Positions 1 through 13,590 of a DNA stretch of 64,000 bases are shown here, piece by piece. The notes beneath the pieces are model-generated. The model was given only the letters and a program-made list of their open reading frames with translations. It did no database searches and was not told the origin of the DNA. A program made the position numbers and the translations under genes. Source of the DNA: Camelus dromedarius (taxonomy: Eukaryota); NCBI RefSeq assembly GCF_036321535.1, contig NC_087436.1, positions 29,700,001 through 29,764,000 of the forward strand. The letters run 5' to 3'. Numbering within the stretch: position 1 is the first letter of the stretch; the number at the start of each line of letters is the position of its first letter.

Positions 1-552
1 AACCTTGGGAACTTTCCTAAATATACATAACTAGAACTGTAGAGACTCCAAGCCAAAACAACTACATATATGATAAGTGCAATTACAAACAAAAATTGGT
101 GTAGAAGTCTGAATATATACTGTAATATGATACAATTCTCATGTATAAGGAGAGGAAGCAAACATTCCTGTGTAATGTCATCTTAATATGTAACATTCAC
201 CAATTCCCCTCTATGTTTTCAAAATCTCTTAGATTGCTCTTTATGGCAACAGAATTTAATTCAGAATGAGTAACAGCTGAATTTGTATCCACCTGCACTA
301 TGTATGTGCGTGCATGCGTGTGTGTGGGTGTGTATGATTTAAGCCACCAACACTAAGCGTAAAACCATTGTGAGGCAGCACTTGCTGAATCAAATCTCTT
401 GAAATCAGAAATAAGCATGCTTACTAAGTAATGTCATATGATTATAATGAAGCTAAATCAAACTTTTCTTTCTAAAAATTTGAAATTCTTTGTTCTCCAT
501 AAGTTTTGTTAAGAATTATATAAAAGAAATAAAATATATCTCAATGCTTTTT

Positions 553-1158
553 TGCTGCGTCCAGCACAGCTCGGGACCGTATCTGAGGACAGGCGATTCA
601 AGACTTAAGAAACAGAGACAAAGTAAAGAGCAAAGATGGGACCAGGGGACTCAAGATCTCGTGGCTCTAGAGCCCCGAAAGCCTGGTCGACATCATATTT
701 ATTAGGAGTATACAGCTCAGAAAAAAATGTGACCATAGAGGTGGGGCTATCCCACCAGGAACAAACACCCTCCTTCGGGTATGCAGATTTTCTAAGTCTA
801 TCCTGTTATTGCCTCCAGGACATCTCGAGATAGCAAATAATTCCCTCGGGTTAAACAGCATGATTTCATGCCAGAACAAAGTTCTGTTAATTGATGTTCT
901 GGCTTCCAGGACCCTCAATTGTTCCACCCTAAGGAAATAATCTGCCCTCCTTCATGCCCTTATGGTCAATCTCAGGATTTCTCCTTACAAATTTTCTTTA
1001 GCATAATACGTGCTATAGGTCATCTACTCTGTAAAACATTAAAACAAAGCAAGCGTGCACATTTTAAGCAAGCAAATGTGACTATAATATTTTAAGCTCA
1101 TGGAAATTTAGGTGAGGCTTATTTTCTAGTGGCTTGTTTTCCAGCGGCTTTTCCAGCA
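553..1158 (-). mobile_element. Young solo ERV LTR, probably class II (ERVK/betaretrovirus-like)
   Basis: Perfect inverted termini TGCTG...CAGCA and perfect 6-bp TSD CTTTTT (547-552, 1159-1164). Minus-strand AATAAA at 698-703. About a dozen CpGs retained. A 6-bp TSD is typical of class II ERVs. Confidence 0.88.
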
Positions 1159-1324
1159 CTTTTTGAGATTAACATGAGTTATTTGAGTACAGAGTTAGAA
1201 GATAAGGTGTGATAATTGTATTTATATTTAAACCCTTCATTCACTGTAAATGTTTATATATGGGAATTTAGGAAGTGGGTTGCATATGCACAGTAATTTG
1301 AATTATATTTATTTATATAATTGC

Positions 1325-1550
1325 CATAGCTGATAAATTATTGAGATCTTTATACCAGGCACTGACAGAGACCTACAAGTGGACTGTTTAATTTGATTCT
1401 CACTCCTAGTCTAGTGAAGATGATTACTTTTTCATTGTTATATACAAAGAAACAGAGATCTGTTCAAATTCTCACAATTGGGGAAAAAAGGCCAGGAGGA
1501 GACAGTCATGTGAGCCCAGAAACCTAACTACTGTATTATACTGCCTCCTT
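1325..1550 (-). mobile_element. MIR SINE remnant
   Basis: Degenerate MIR motifs (ccaggcactg...tttgattctcac...aaagaaacagag...tactgtattatactgcctcc). Confidence 0.55.
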
Positions 1551-4500
1551 GTCAGCATTATTGTCTAAATCTCATACATGCAAATAAATTATTTCAGAAT
1601 GAATTTCACGTTTATTTGTGTTTATCCAAATTATTTATACAAAATTATAATAAAATAATTATTTCTTTTTTACCAAAATGTAACATTATTCAAATTGATT
1701 AAACTACTTATTTTACACATTAGTTCCTTTTATAAAAAAAAAAAAACTCTCACACACTATGTGTAATTTGAGACATTTCAATAGAACCTAATTTTTTTCT
1801 ACAGAAAAAAATAATGTTGAATTGAATCTGTAAACACTTCGTATCATAATTTTCTTTACAAAAATTGTTGTAACAATTTACTTAGGTTTATGTAACATAG
1901 ATGACTTGGTAGTGGAAAATAAACTTGTACAAATAACTCCCAAATAGGAACAAACATAGTATCAGAAATGAATAATGTTCAGTAAGCTTGTTATTATTTT
2001 TGAACACTGACCTTTAGAGGAGTAACAACTCTCTCATCTTAAATATACATTGATGTGAAACCCAGAATGTTAAAATGACTTACACAGACTGTCAGGATTT
2101 CACTTTATTCTGTAATTCAGTGTTCTTGCTCTGTTATTGTAGCTGATTTATTACTTAGTTTTATACCTGGACATTCTATTTTCAGATAAGGAAAATTACT
2201 CACTCTGTGTTTAAATACTATTTAAAAGACTACAATATGTGAATAAATGTTCAATATTGAATGGATTTTTAAATTCAAGAGACTTATGAGTGAACATTAT
2301 TTATATGCTTACAAGATGAGTACTTACAAAAGGAACTAGAAAGATAATCAAAGATAGAGTATGGAAGTTGACATAGTGGCTTACTGAGAAGTAGGTGATT
2401 ATGCTGTCTCAGCTGATGAATGATTATAGATTATGATGATAGACAGACAGGCAGACAGACAGAAACACTTAGTCCACTCGAAGCTTAAGCATGCCAGCCA
2501 TATTTTTCCATTGTAAAATATAATCAATTTCTCTTACTTAATTTAGCATCAGACATCAGATAAATAAGCTATTTCTTAAATGGTAGACCAACCAATATCC
2601 TCAAGGCTGCCCTGTGCTGTTAACAAATTACCAGTAATAAGCAATGCAAACAATTCTGTCTACAAAACATGCAAAATTAGCCAATAACTATTAATAAAAC
2701 ACTATAAGCAAAATGAAGTCATGCAGAGATATTTTTAGGAGGGAGACATCAGGCTTAAGCAGAGGACAGAAACCAATTCCCCTCTTCAGAGAGCACGGAG
2801 GCGCAAAAGGAACATCAGACATTACCCTCCTAGCTCGGGCACTTTTTTTTTTTTTTTTCCCCTCCAAGGTCTGTGCTTTAGGAATTAGAAAAAAAGATGA
2901 GTTTCTTAGGAGTCTATATTTTACTGAGCAAATACTAATAGACTGAATAGAAAAAACTCTGAATTATTTTGCCCCATACAAGAGTTTCTCTAGATGAAAT
3001 GCCTCCTTTCAAAAGTCACTAGATAATGAGCTTTGATGAGCTCATTTTAAGTTTGTCAGCTGAGACTAACTGCACATAATATTTTATGTAGCACTAAATG
3101 TAAATGCTCTTATATTTCCAATAATCCCACCAATTAGATGTAAATTAGATAAAACTCTTCTAATTTAAGGAAACTTTATGCTAAAAATATACCTCGTTTG
3201 GTACTTTGCCCCTAAAACCTTAATATAAGAATAGTTCAAATAATTTAAATCTAGGTGAGGTAATTTTATAATGTAGAATTTCCAAATGTAGGTTACCCTC
3301 TGAAGAATATTTTTTGCAAATAAATACAGTATACTTTTTTAAACAAAATTGTCTGTAGTGAGAGGCTACACAAATTAAAGTTATGAACAGAACATCAGTA
3401 ACCAACTCAGCCATATTCTAGCTATGGAAGAAATACCCATTCTTAGCATTTATGGTTCTAATTATTATCTTTATGTCACGGATAATAAAGGGTTAGGCAC
3501 TCCCAAAATTTCCATTGTGGTCAAAAAAGACCATAGGACTTTGAAAATGTTATAATTTTTATACTATTAACATTAAGGATAATTTTTATTAAAAAAACAG
3601 TATTTTCACATAAACCTTTCCACGTTTTTAAAAACTTCTCAACTCTGACAATTACTCAAATGTGGGCTTTGTGCAAACCAAATTTTCAGCAATTTGAATT
3701 AAAAAAATACCTGTCTACCTTATTTCTTAAAAATCATTTACCTTTATAGCATTGTGTCAGAAGTCACCATGAGACCTGAGTTTGACACATTATTTTATAA
3801 AATAGATGGGAAAAAGCGTTCCCAGTTGATTTGTGGAACACAACTTTTTATACTGGTACAGTTTTACATGCTTGTATTGTATTGACCTGAATTCACAATT
3901 GCACATTCAGATAACATTTGTGACAATTTTATTAGAGATCTGCTTGTATTTATATTATTGTAGAGTAACATAATTGTGCCTACTGTATTTCAGCAATAAT
4001 CCTTCAACCCTCACAAAGAAATACAAAGACCACACTTGAGAATGGAGTAGCAGAATATTCTTCTTTTATGTGTCAATGTCAGGTTTTCTAGGAAAAAAAA
4101 AAGCCCTGAATATGTATGCATACACAAACCATCCACCAGAATCTAATTTCATGACTATTTCTATAGCGCTACATTTCAGCAGTTATTTACTCATATATAA
4201 GTTTTGTGACTACTAACCATCTAAGATGCTTTAAGAACTGATAACCACTACCCCCTCATGTGTTTTAATTTTGTTCTTAACCATACAAAGGATGAGAAAG
4301 CAGATTTATGAAAGCTGGGTTTTTATTTTGTTTTGCTTGATCAGTGTTCAGCAATAATAATTAACATAATGTTAATTTAAAGTCTTTAACATTATTTATT
4401 CCAAACAAACATACCATCCTTTGTATTTCATTATAAGCCTGATTTTAGCTTCATGTGTGCCCCTCTAATATGCATAACCTACTACTGTAAATATATTTCT

Positions 4501-5039
4501 TCAGGTATTTTCACCTAAAACCTTAAATCCCCCCATGTCTACAGTTACCGAGATTACACTTATAGAGAAAAACCTAATGAGACAACTTCGTATTTTATAT
4601 ATAAATTAATCACTTGAACTCACACTGTTGAGAGGTATGCTAGACCACTTTAATGAGTTGTAAATTATTTAAATCTTATGTCATCCATAGCAGCCCTCCT
4701 GTTATTGATGGTTTGGTTATATTTCAATATATATTAAAACAGATGCATTCCTGAACATTTAAAACTTCAGATTTTCTTTACAAAACATATTTGCAACATT
4801 AGAGTATAGTAGTCAGTATATATTTTAGGAATATTTCTAATATCTGTAAACACCTACTAATATTTCATAATATTTTCATGAGAAACTTTTTAAAAAATAC
4901 TGAAATTTAAATGCTTAACACGATAGAATTCCCAGACATTTTAGATCAACACCTTCCAGATATTTCCACAAATCAGCTATCTGACTGCCTGTCTCACTAC
5001 CCACCTGGTGCATCCCATTACCAACGTGCAATCAGTTAA

Positions 5040-5399
5040 TACACTAGCTTCCCACTTAAGTGGTGCCCTCATTCTAGCCATGCTCACTGCAGTGTGTTCT
5101 TAGAACCCAGAATTATTGCCTTTAAACCTAAAGTGAAAATTTTCACCTCAAAACCCTCCGGTGGCTTTTCCTTTGCTCAGAATAAAAGTCAAAAATTTTA
5201 CTAGCCTGGACGATGTCACCACCTACTCCTATCTGTTCCCCATCACTAACCTCATGTCCTCTTACTCTGCTGCTCACACCCTCTCACCTCTAGCCCATCG
5301 CTTTAACCCTCTCGACAGTGATGGCTCACAGCACTGCATCGGCCATGCCCTTTGCTTGGGAGACTCCTCCCCAGATATCCACATGGCTCCATCATCTTC
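5040..5399 (+). mobile_element. L2 LINE 3' region remnant
   Basis: L2-like motif ctcaaaaccctccggtggcttttcc...ctcagaataaaagtcaaaa, followed by C-rich L2-like sequence. Confidence 0.55.
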
Positions 5400-5415
5400 A
5401 GAATACAAATGTCTG

Positions 5416-5497
5416 AGCACTACGCTCTACACCAGAAATTGACACAACTTTGTAAACTGACTATACTTTAATGAAAAAAATATATATATACAAAAAA
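5416..5497 (+). mobile_element. Extremely 5'-truncated young L1 (3' terminal 82 bp)
   Basis: L1 3' end motif tacaccagaaattgacacaactttgtaaactgactatactt plus A-rich tail. Perfect 16-bp TSD AGAATACAAATGTCTG (5400-5415, 5498-5513). Confidence 0.9.
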
Positions 5498-5519
5498 AGA
5501 ATACAAATGTCTGGCCTTA

Positions 5520-6660
5520 AGGTATATGAACTTTCCATTTTCCTATTAATTGCAGATTGCTTTCAAAAGAGGTTGTACTAAATTAAACTCATCATTTTTC
5601 ATACTCCCACTTGTGTTTACTATAATTTTTCAACAAAATGATTAATATGAAATTGTGTTTCATTTTGTTTTCTTGGTATTTCTGGGATTTCTTCATACCT
5701 GATATTCCTACTCTGAATATTACAATTATAAACCCATTCTCATTCCTAATAGTGCTTCCTTGATCTTGTTCCTTTTTGTCCCATGCATACTTGTCAAATG
5801 TGTTGTTTATTTTATTAGTCATTGCAAGTAACACACTTTTGGCTTTATTGATCACTTCTCTTTTTTTCTTTTCACATTTTATTTATTTAAGTAAAATCCC
5901 TTTATTTTACATATTTAAATATTTCACTTTATTTTTTTGCTTTAAACTTCAGTTAATTTATTTTTTTAAATATGTTTTTCAATAATTGCCTTTAAATTCC
6001 TTCTGAGTGATACTGTATCTGTACCTTACAAATTATAATGTGTAGTATTCTTTTCATTTAGTTACAAATGTATCATAATATTTACTATGATGATGTGATT
6101 TCTCCTTTGACATAGTTTACTGAATGGTAAGTTTTCATTTTCCAAATATTCAGTAATATTACTTATTTTTCTGTTTTTTATTATTTAAATTTTATCTTAA
6201 ATTCTGAAAGTAAGTCTGACCTCAATTTTTTGAAATTTGTTTTTTTCCATAAACCCTACTATCCTGTCAATACATGTACGTTTACTAGATGGCTTACAAA
6301 TAATATACAAGTTAAAAATAATATGTGGAAATAAGACTTATGTTCATACACAAATGATTCTTTCCAATAATCATACTCAAAAATCCTACAGGTTCACTAT
6401 TTGTTTTGTTTGTTGAAGTAACAGCTTTTACAAGATTTGACTCTGATTGGTTCTTTGTGTTATTTTGTCAGTTTTTGCCCAACAAATTTTAAATCAATTC
6501 TGTTATTTACACTGTAGGTTATATTATAACCTTGTTTATTTGTTTTCACATTTCCCTCTTTGTAACTGTCATGCTTGTCTCTTGAAATTCTATTTTGTCA
6601 GAAACCAGAAATTTATGTTGATATATTTTGTAGCTCTAATTTTTTAAAATGTCTTTTACA
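5520..6660 (-). mobile_element. Old, highly diverged L1 (L1M-type) fragments
   Basis: T-rich antisense L1-like motifs (gcagattgctttcaaaagaggttgtactaaatt; ttttccaaatattc). Confidence 0.4.
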
Positions 6661-9600
6661 TTTTGGGGGTATTTTCTTTCCTTTTAAAAAATTTCATTTT
6701 ATTTTAAATAATTCAAGGATAACAATATCCCCTTATAATTTTTCAAGAAATATTTTAAAGCATCTGTCTAAATTTAAATTTTAAGCAGAACCTTTTCAGA
6801 ATATACTGAATTCTATGAATCCACTTCTCAAAGGGACTCTCAGAAGCTTTTAGAAATATGCAATTTAAAATACTCTGAGTGGGCTTACAAAACCTTGAAC
6901 CTGTGGTATATTATTAAATTCTGAAGAGATATATCACTAATAATCTAAATATTGGCAGACAATAGAATCCACAACTGCATTTAGTAAAAAAGAAAATAAA
7001 ACATAATTTTCATAATAAATTGCTCACGTATATAAAACTTATAATTTTTTTCACAATCTAAACTCAAGAGATCACTGTCTTAAAATACATAATCATTAAA
7101 TAACTAAAAAGGTATTTTAAATTCAAAACTTATTTTATAATATAAATTTTATCTATATATTTTGTCACCGTAAATCTCTTCTACTCTAGAAATATTGTTG
7201 GCTACAACTCTCTTTATTGAACACATAACTATCCTAATCTCTCTCCCAATAATTATAAAAATACTACTCCCCTAAATTTGATCTGTTATTTTGACCATTA
7301 TTCTTCCACTTAAAATTTTAATAGGTGTGCTAGTATGAAACTATCATCTTTGTATCTTCTCAAGGACATTTGTTGGGAATACAAAGATGTGCACTGATAT
7401 TTTTTATTCCTTCTATGTAAAAGTCAATTTTTTGTTCATTCTAAAATGGAAAAACTATAGAATACCTGCATACTTGATTACCTCAGACTAGTGTTTTCCA
7501 AGGGAATGGAGAATTCATCTCTTCCAGTCTATCAATCTCCTTCTATCTCATATTTTATCATCTAACAAAACCTTGAAACCTGTAAGTAATTATATAATTC
7601 TGAGCCTATTTTTTCTGAACCTAAGAACTCCATAAACCATTCAGCCTTCTTGAGAGAAACCAGAGCTATAATATGGAAGAAGTTAGACACTACACAGAGA
7701 CAGCAAGTCAGAAGTCACAAGTATTATCTGTACTAAACATAAAGAGTATTATCACAGTATCTGGCAGGAATGTATTAATAGGAAACACAAATGATGACTC
7801 AAATTAGAAGATAAATCGACTGAGATTCATTAATCAAAAGAAAAAGAAAGCAAAAAACCAAAAGTTTGTCCAAAACTGCTGAGCAGCAGAGAGTAGACAA
7901 TACAGGGTTTATGTTACTGACTCAGTAAAGTGGAGTCATTTTTCCTTATGAACAAAGTTCAAACAACAGCCAATAACTAAGAACAAGATTAATACAGAAA
8001 TAGCAAGCAGCCTGTTTCTACCCAGTTTCCTCAAAATCATATTAGTTCAGCTATTGGCATTTCATATAAACACTAAGGTTAATTTTAACCTTTTTCTGTG
8101 TGTTCAGACACATATTTTCACAATAGTGTTGCTTATATTAAATTTTTTTCAGAAGACAGGAATCATAAATATTGTATTCACTTTATTCAGCCTCCTATGA
8201 GAGTACTATGAGGAGATAAACACTAATTCAATGCTGTTATTATTTTGCTTAGCAATGGTGATGAAGAGAAAATAGAAACACCAAACAATTACTCAAGGAA
8301 AACATGTTTACTGTACATTGAAATATTCAGCTAAGATGCAGTATTCTTCTACTAACTAAAATAAGGATTCTCTTTGAGAGTTTTTATTTAATGAAAGTTC
8401 TTATGGAAGTGTATTTTAAAACTTAAATGATTGAACCTGACTAAAACTCACTCTAATAAAATCAAAACACAATCAGAATACTTTAAAGAACAATGGAGAT
8501 ATATTTTTACAACTTTGAGAGATATTATATTTTACATGTATAATAAAAATTAAGAATAAATTTTGACATGATAGATTGAAATGATTAATAGAAATATATT
8601 CTATTACAAAAGAGAAAGAGATAGAAATCTTGAATAAGGGTAATACATCTTTAGATTTCTTTGAAAAACAAATTTTCTGTACTTTAATCATGGATTTTGT
8701 AATTTTGCAGAACACTTCTTATTTGAAGTATTGCTTGTCTTACAGTTTTGTTAACCTACCATTCTTGTTATATCATTTTATGTAAAGATATATGGAGAAT
8801 ATGCTAAGTTATGAGCTATAAATTATTTTAATACAGGGAACAAATAAATCTATTTAAACTTAAATACTTTAAGTATGTTTAAGCATATATATATATTACA
8901 CAGTTTATATTTCATGGAGTCTATAATATCAATCATATTTCAGAAATTATCTTCTCTGCTTCATGCATTTTAGAACATTTATGGAAGCACCACAACAGAA
9001 GTTTTTTAAAAATACCTCATAAATAAAAACACTGTAAGTATATTAACTTTCACTTTGTATACTCTTTTGGAAATGTCAAGTTTTTTTATGGAAAGAAAAA
9101 ACTTTTGTGAGCCACATAAATGCTCTTTCTGGCTTTTCCTCTCTAATATCTCTCTTAATTCCCCCTTCTCTATAGTTGCAGTAATTTTACCTCTTTGGAA
9201 CACTATTTCCTTTAAATTGAAAAAAAAAAAAAAACTGGAATGCTGATATGCTTTGAATCTATCTTCCAACTGCTAACTTCCATCAAAGTATGCATTACAT
9301 TTTACTGTTTTCTACAAACTCCTAGTCTAATAATGTTATTCCCTTCTTCTTAAACTATTAATTATTTTCCTTTACATACAGACTTAAATGGAATCTCAAG
9401 TATTTATTTTCAAAAACATTCACAATTGTTGACCAACTACACTTCAAATCCTGGCCTCATTGAGTCTTTTCATAAACCTTACGGTATTATATTATGCTAT
9501 TTAAATTTCTGTTACTCATACTTGATTCACCATTTTTTCACATATTTATTGTAATTCATATTGATTTTTTTCTGTGAACAGAAACAAGAAAAAAAAACTG

Positions 9601-9699
9601 TTCTCCTTCCCATCTGTGTTTTCACTTCCTATTTATTTTAATAGCACAAATAAATATTACTTCTTCTACAATACCTTACATGAAAGCTGACTTTCCTTT

Positions 9700-9868
9700 T
9701 ATGGCCTCATCTTCCACTACATTCTATTCAACAGCAAGTCACCAAGCCCCACAACCAGACTTGGAGGAGATTAGACTCATCTCTCAGGAAAGCAGTGTGA
9801 ATGTCACATTGTAAGAAGGAATAAAATATGATGATGTGGTTATATTTGAAAAATAAAATCTGTCAGAG
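9700..9868 (-). mobile_element. MaLR MLT1-type LTR fragment
   Basis: cttccactacattctatt...gcaagtcaccaagccc...ggagattagactcatctctc...aaataaaatctgtca resembles the reverse of an old MLT1 5' end. Confidence 0.5.
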
Positions 9869-10199
9869 TTTACAGAAAAAATATGAGCAAGCCAGTAACA
9901 AAAATTAAAAGCAATGAATTAAAAGGATATTTGTGGGGTCAGTCACAATAAATGAAATTAAAACAATCCATTTAAACATTTTCTTAGACTGCTTAAATAG
10001 CAAAAACTGGTAAATAAAATTATCATCTGAATCAACGTGACTTAAATTTCAAAACCAAATCCAAACAAACAGAACAAAAATAAACCTATGATTATTCTCT
10101 ATTCATTTAAAATGATAAGGTTAAGAGTAAGCATATAATTTCTGGTTAAGTTCAGTTTGAACAGCAATTGAAAAATGAAAACAGTAAGTAAGGTATACA

Positions 10200-10390
10200 G
10201 ACACTCATTACCAAACACAAATGGCTAAGTACCATTTTGTACATAATTAAATCTGATTAATATCCATATGAAATAAGTATTATTATGTGTACTATTTTAC
10301 AGATGTGTAAAATAAAACTAAGACACACTGAGTAACTGGAAAAGCAGAACTTAAATTTTCATCTGATTCACAAGGTTCATAGCTATTATT
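10200..10390 (-). mobile_element. MIR SINE remnant
   Basis: ataagtattattat...tattttacagatg...aaactaagacacactgagtaact resembles the MIR core. Confidence 0.5.
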
Positions 10391-11104
10391 TTATATGACT
10401 TAACAGTTACTATAATTTTCAGCATAATATAAATTTTTTGATGTACCAACTTCAAATTAAAGTTGACAGGCAATGTTATATCTGGTTCAAATATCTATCT
10501 TTTAACTACACACATTCATAAAATACATAATCCAATGATAAATTTTGACACAAGATTTACTTGAAGTATGAAAAAAATTCTATTGGAAAAATATTTGCAT
10601 TTTTCAAAGTGTTTCACTTTCTCTCAATTCTAGACCTAAATTGAGCATGACAATCTTTCCATGATACTACTTCATATTTTACAGTGTTTAGTTTTATGGA
10701 CTAAAGTTGAATTAATTCAAAGACTTTTCACTACATATGTTTTCTTCAGCATGCTGTTGAGTGCCAGGAGCTCTGTGGATGTTTAATAAGGATTAATTGG
10801 TGTCAATGGCAATAACGACTTCTATTTTCTCCTTTAATATTGATTCCGTGAGTGTGATGTTTAAATGGACCTAATTTTATTTATAATTTCTAACAAGAGT
10901 CAGATGATTTAATAGGAAGCAGCATTTTCAAGTGAATAAAAGTAGAAAATTAGCATAGAATAGAGTATTCATTTTACTAGATCATAAGCTTAATAACTTA
11001 AGTTTCAATTTTCCAGACCAATGCTTAGTGAAGGATATTTGGTAGGCAATCAGTTATCCATTAGGAATTTTTTTTTTAAAGATTTAAGGTATAATCTCAT
11101 GTAA

Positions 11105-11290
11105 GGAAGGTCAATATGGTAAAAAGAACACTGGACTTGAAAAATCAACCTGGCTATGAGTCTCAGCTCCACTACTGAAACTGGAAGATCCCGATCATAT
11201 TATTTAGGATTCAGACATACTTAATTACTTACCAGTAATGGGAATAATTAAATCAAGCCTCTCAAGTTTAGATTTATGTCTAAATAAATT
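11105..11290 (+). mobile_element. MIR SINE remnant
   Basis: tatggtaaaaagaacactggacttg...acctggctatgagtctcagctccactact resembles the MIR head. Confidence 0.55.
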
Positions 11291-13204
11291 AACTAATAGA
11301 TTACTAAATGAATAAAAACATATAGCTATAGGAAAATATAACTAGAGGTTTTATTAGGATTCTAAAGAAAAACAACAGGGTGTACAACGCTGAGAATGAG
11401 GGAAGAGGGTTAGTCCTTAGAACTGGACAGTAAGGTACAGAATCTCTGAGGAATTGACAAAGTAGTCTGAGACCTTAAGAGTAAATCAGATCACTCAGTC
11501 ACATGAAAAATTGCATATGGAGCTGTAAGTTTAAGTTTTATACCCAAATAATTTATAATAATAAATGCGTTTCAATATGAATTTAAAATATATAATTTTG
11601 GCATGCCCATGGAATTGTCATATTCTAATTCATCTCAGTTCCTTGAGTAGAATGAATTAATTAGAATTAAAATATTAATTTGGTATTTGCTAGATCATTT
11701 ATTCCTCAAAATGAAGATGTTGAACAGAATGAGAAACAACTAATATACAGAAACAGTATTAAAATGACAAAGGAGAAACATACTTTGAGGCAATAATTCA
11801 TGATACTACTCTAGATCTTTTAATTTTTTTCTTACCTTTTAAACAAATATGCTAAAGAAACAATGTCCTCTAATTTTATTTTTTTTAAAGCATTGATTTT
11901 ATAAGCTTAAATAAACTAAGATGTAACTTCGGTCTTAACTACGCCATTATAAAGCCTGGAGTATGTAAATGTCTCCTAGAAAGTGTATCTAAGAGTGGTG
12001 GTAAGGATTAGAATATCAGGTTAATATCCTTTTTATGCCATTTCACCCACACTGACTTTATTCTTGGGTAATCTTTTTTACGTTATTGGGTAAAATTAAT
12101 CCCTTCCTTTAATAAATGTATCCCTGATGCTACTCACCTTGGGAAACAATATACAAATTTGCCCAACAGCACTTACTCTGGAAAACACCGTTTGTTTTTT
12201 CTGCCAATGGGTTCTAGAGGGGCTGATGATGTGGTTTTCAGCCTTTTTATTTTTGTGCAGCTTTGTTGTTTATGAAGGAGTTGACATCCATATCCATCAA
12301 CTGTTCAATTCATCTAGCATTAAGACTATATTGTTCATAAACAGTATTGCTTCATTTTTCTTCAAAGAATGACTGAACATGAATTGAAAATTTTAGCCTG
12401 ACAAAGCAGATTGACAGGGCTATGTAAGCACTAAGCTACATTTATGTGAATTAGAAAAAAGGCAATCCTTTTTAGAAAGAAAAAAAATTAAGTTAGTATA
12501 CAATTTACTTCTCAATAAAAATAAACACAACCACTAACTCATTATATGCTATACCCATCTAATTATTGAATATATAATGATAGAAAATTATAATTTTAAT
12601 CAAATTAATTAGGGACTCAAATTCACTAGAAAATAATTTGTAATAAACCCATTCCACATTTCACATTCATGAAAATTGTATTTTATGACTGCTTATTCTA
12701 TTTTTCATTTTTCATACCAATGATTGCTATGTTTTCCATTTCAAATGCAACTATAGGGATTAAGTGGTTTTAAGGAATGTTAATTTAAAAGTTTACATTA
12801 TCTTCTTACAACTGTTATTGGTGCAGATGAATATATTCTGAAAACAATGAAAATGTATCCAGTAAATCATTGGATAAAATACACTCCAATGCTTCAATGA
12901 GAATTACTCTAAATTTGAGGAAAAAATAAACCCAACATTTTGAATCTTCTTAGACACTGATGTTCCATCAATAGCATATCATTTATTACGTTCGTCAGAT
13001 TCAATTTTAAAAATTTTATATGGCTGCTGAAGCTAAAATTATATACTTTTTTTAAAATTCCAAGACATTTAGAATGAAAACGTTATTTTATTTTTGTGAG
13101 CCTGTCTTTAAAGGCAATATTGATTCCTGTAATAATAAAAAAAAATAAATGTTAAGATATAGTTTGGTACCATAAATGGATGCACAGTAGGTGAGTAGGA
13201 ACAA

Positions 13205-13590
13205 AGATGACCACACATTTTTGGTTACTACCCTCAAGGAAAGAAAATTTATATCTCTCCATCATGAAGTAACTTGTCTTGCCTCTTGTGTTGATGGTGA
13301 ATGGCTTTTTGACTGTTTTAGTCAAAGTGATGCTGAAGAAAGCATCACTTTCCTTGAGTTCCAGTTATGAATCTACCCCTTATTAGAACTTGACCACCTG
13401 CTGTTCTTTCTTGGAATGTTTGCTATGAGATGTTCTCTCTCAAAACCAAGCCACCAAGGTGTGAGAAGCACAAGCCATCTGTATAAATGATTCAGGTGAA
13501 GCCACCGGCTAAGTTCAGGCCCCAAGCATCAACACCAGTCCTGTGAGTGAGTTGTCTTAGAAGGGAATTTTCAAGCTGTCTTGACATTCC
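13205..13590 (+). mobile_element. MaLR MLT1 (G/H-like) LTR remnant
   Basis: aagtgatgctg...ttggaatgtttgct...aaccaagccaccaaggtgtgagaagcacaagccat...cagtcctgtgagtgagttgtcttaga are MLT1-like motifs. Confidence 0.55.

Noticed and set aside
12130..12200. Minus-strand splice-donor-like motifs (GTGAGT, GTAAGT) suggesting a small exon
   Set aside because: Weak acceptor context and no recognisable coding frame.
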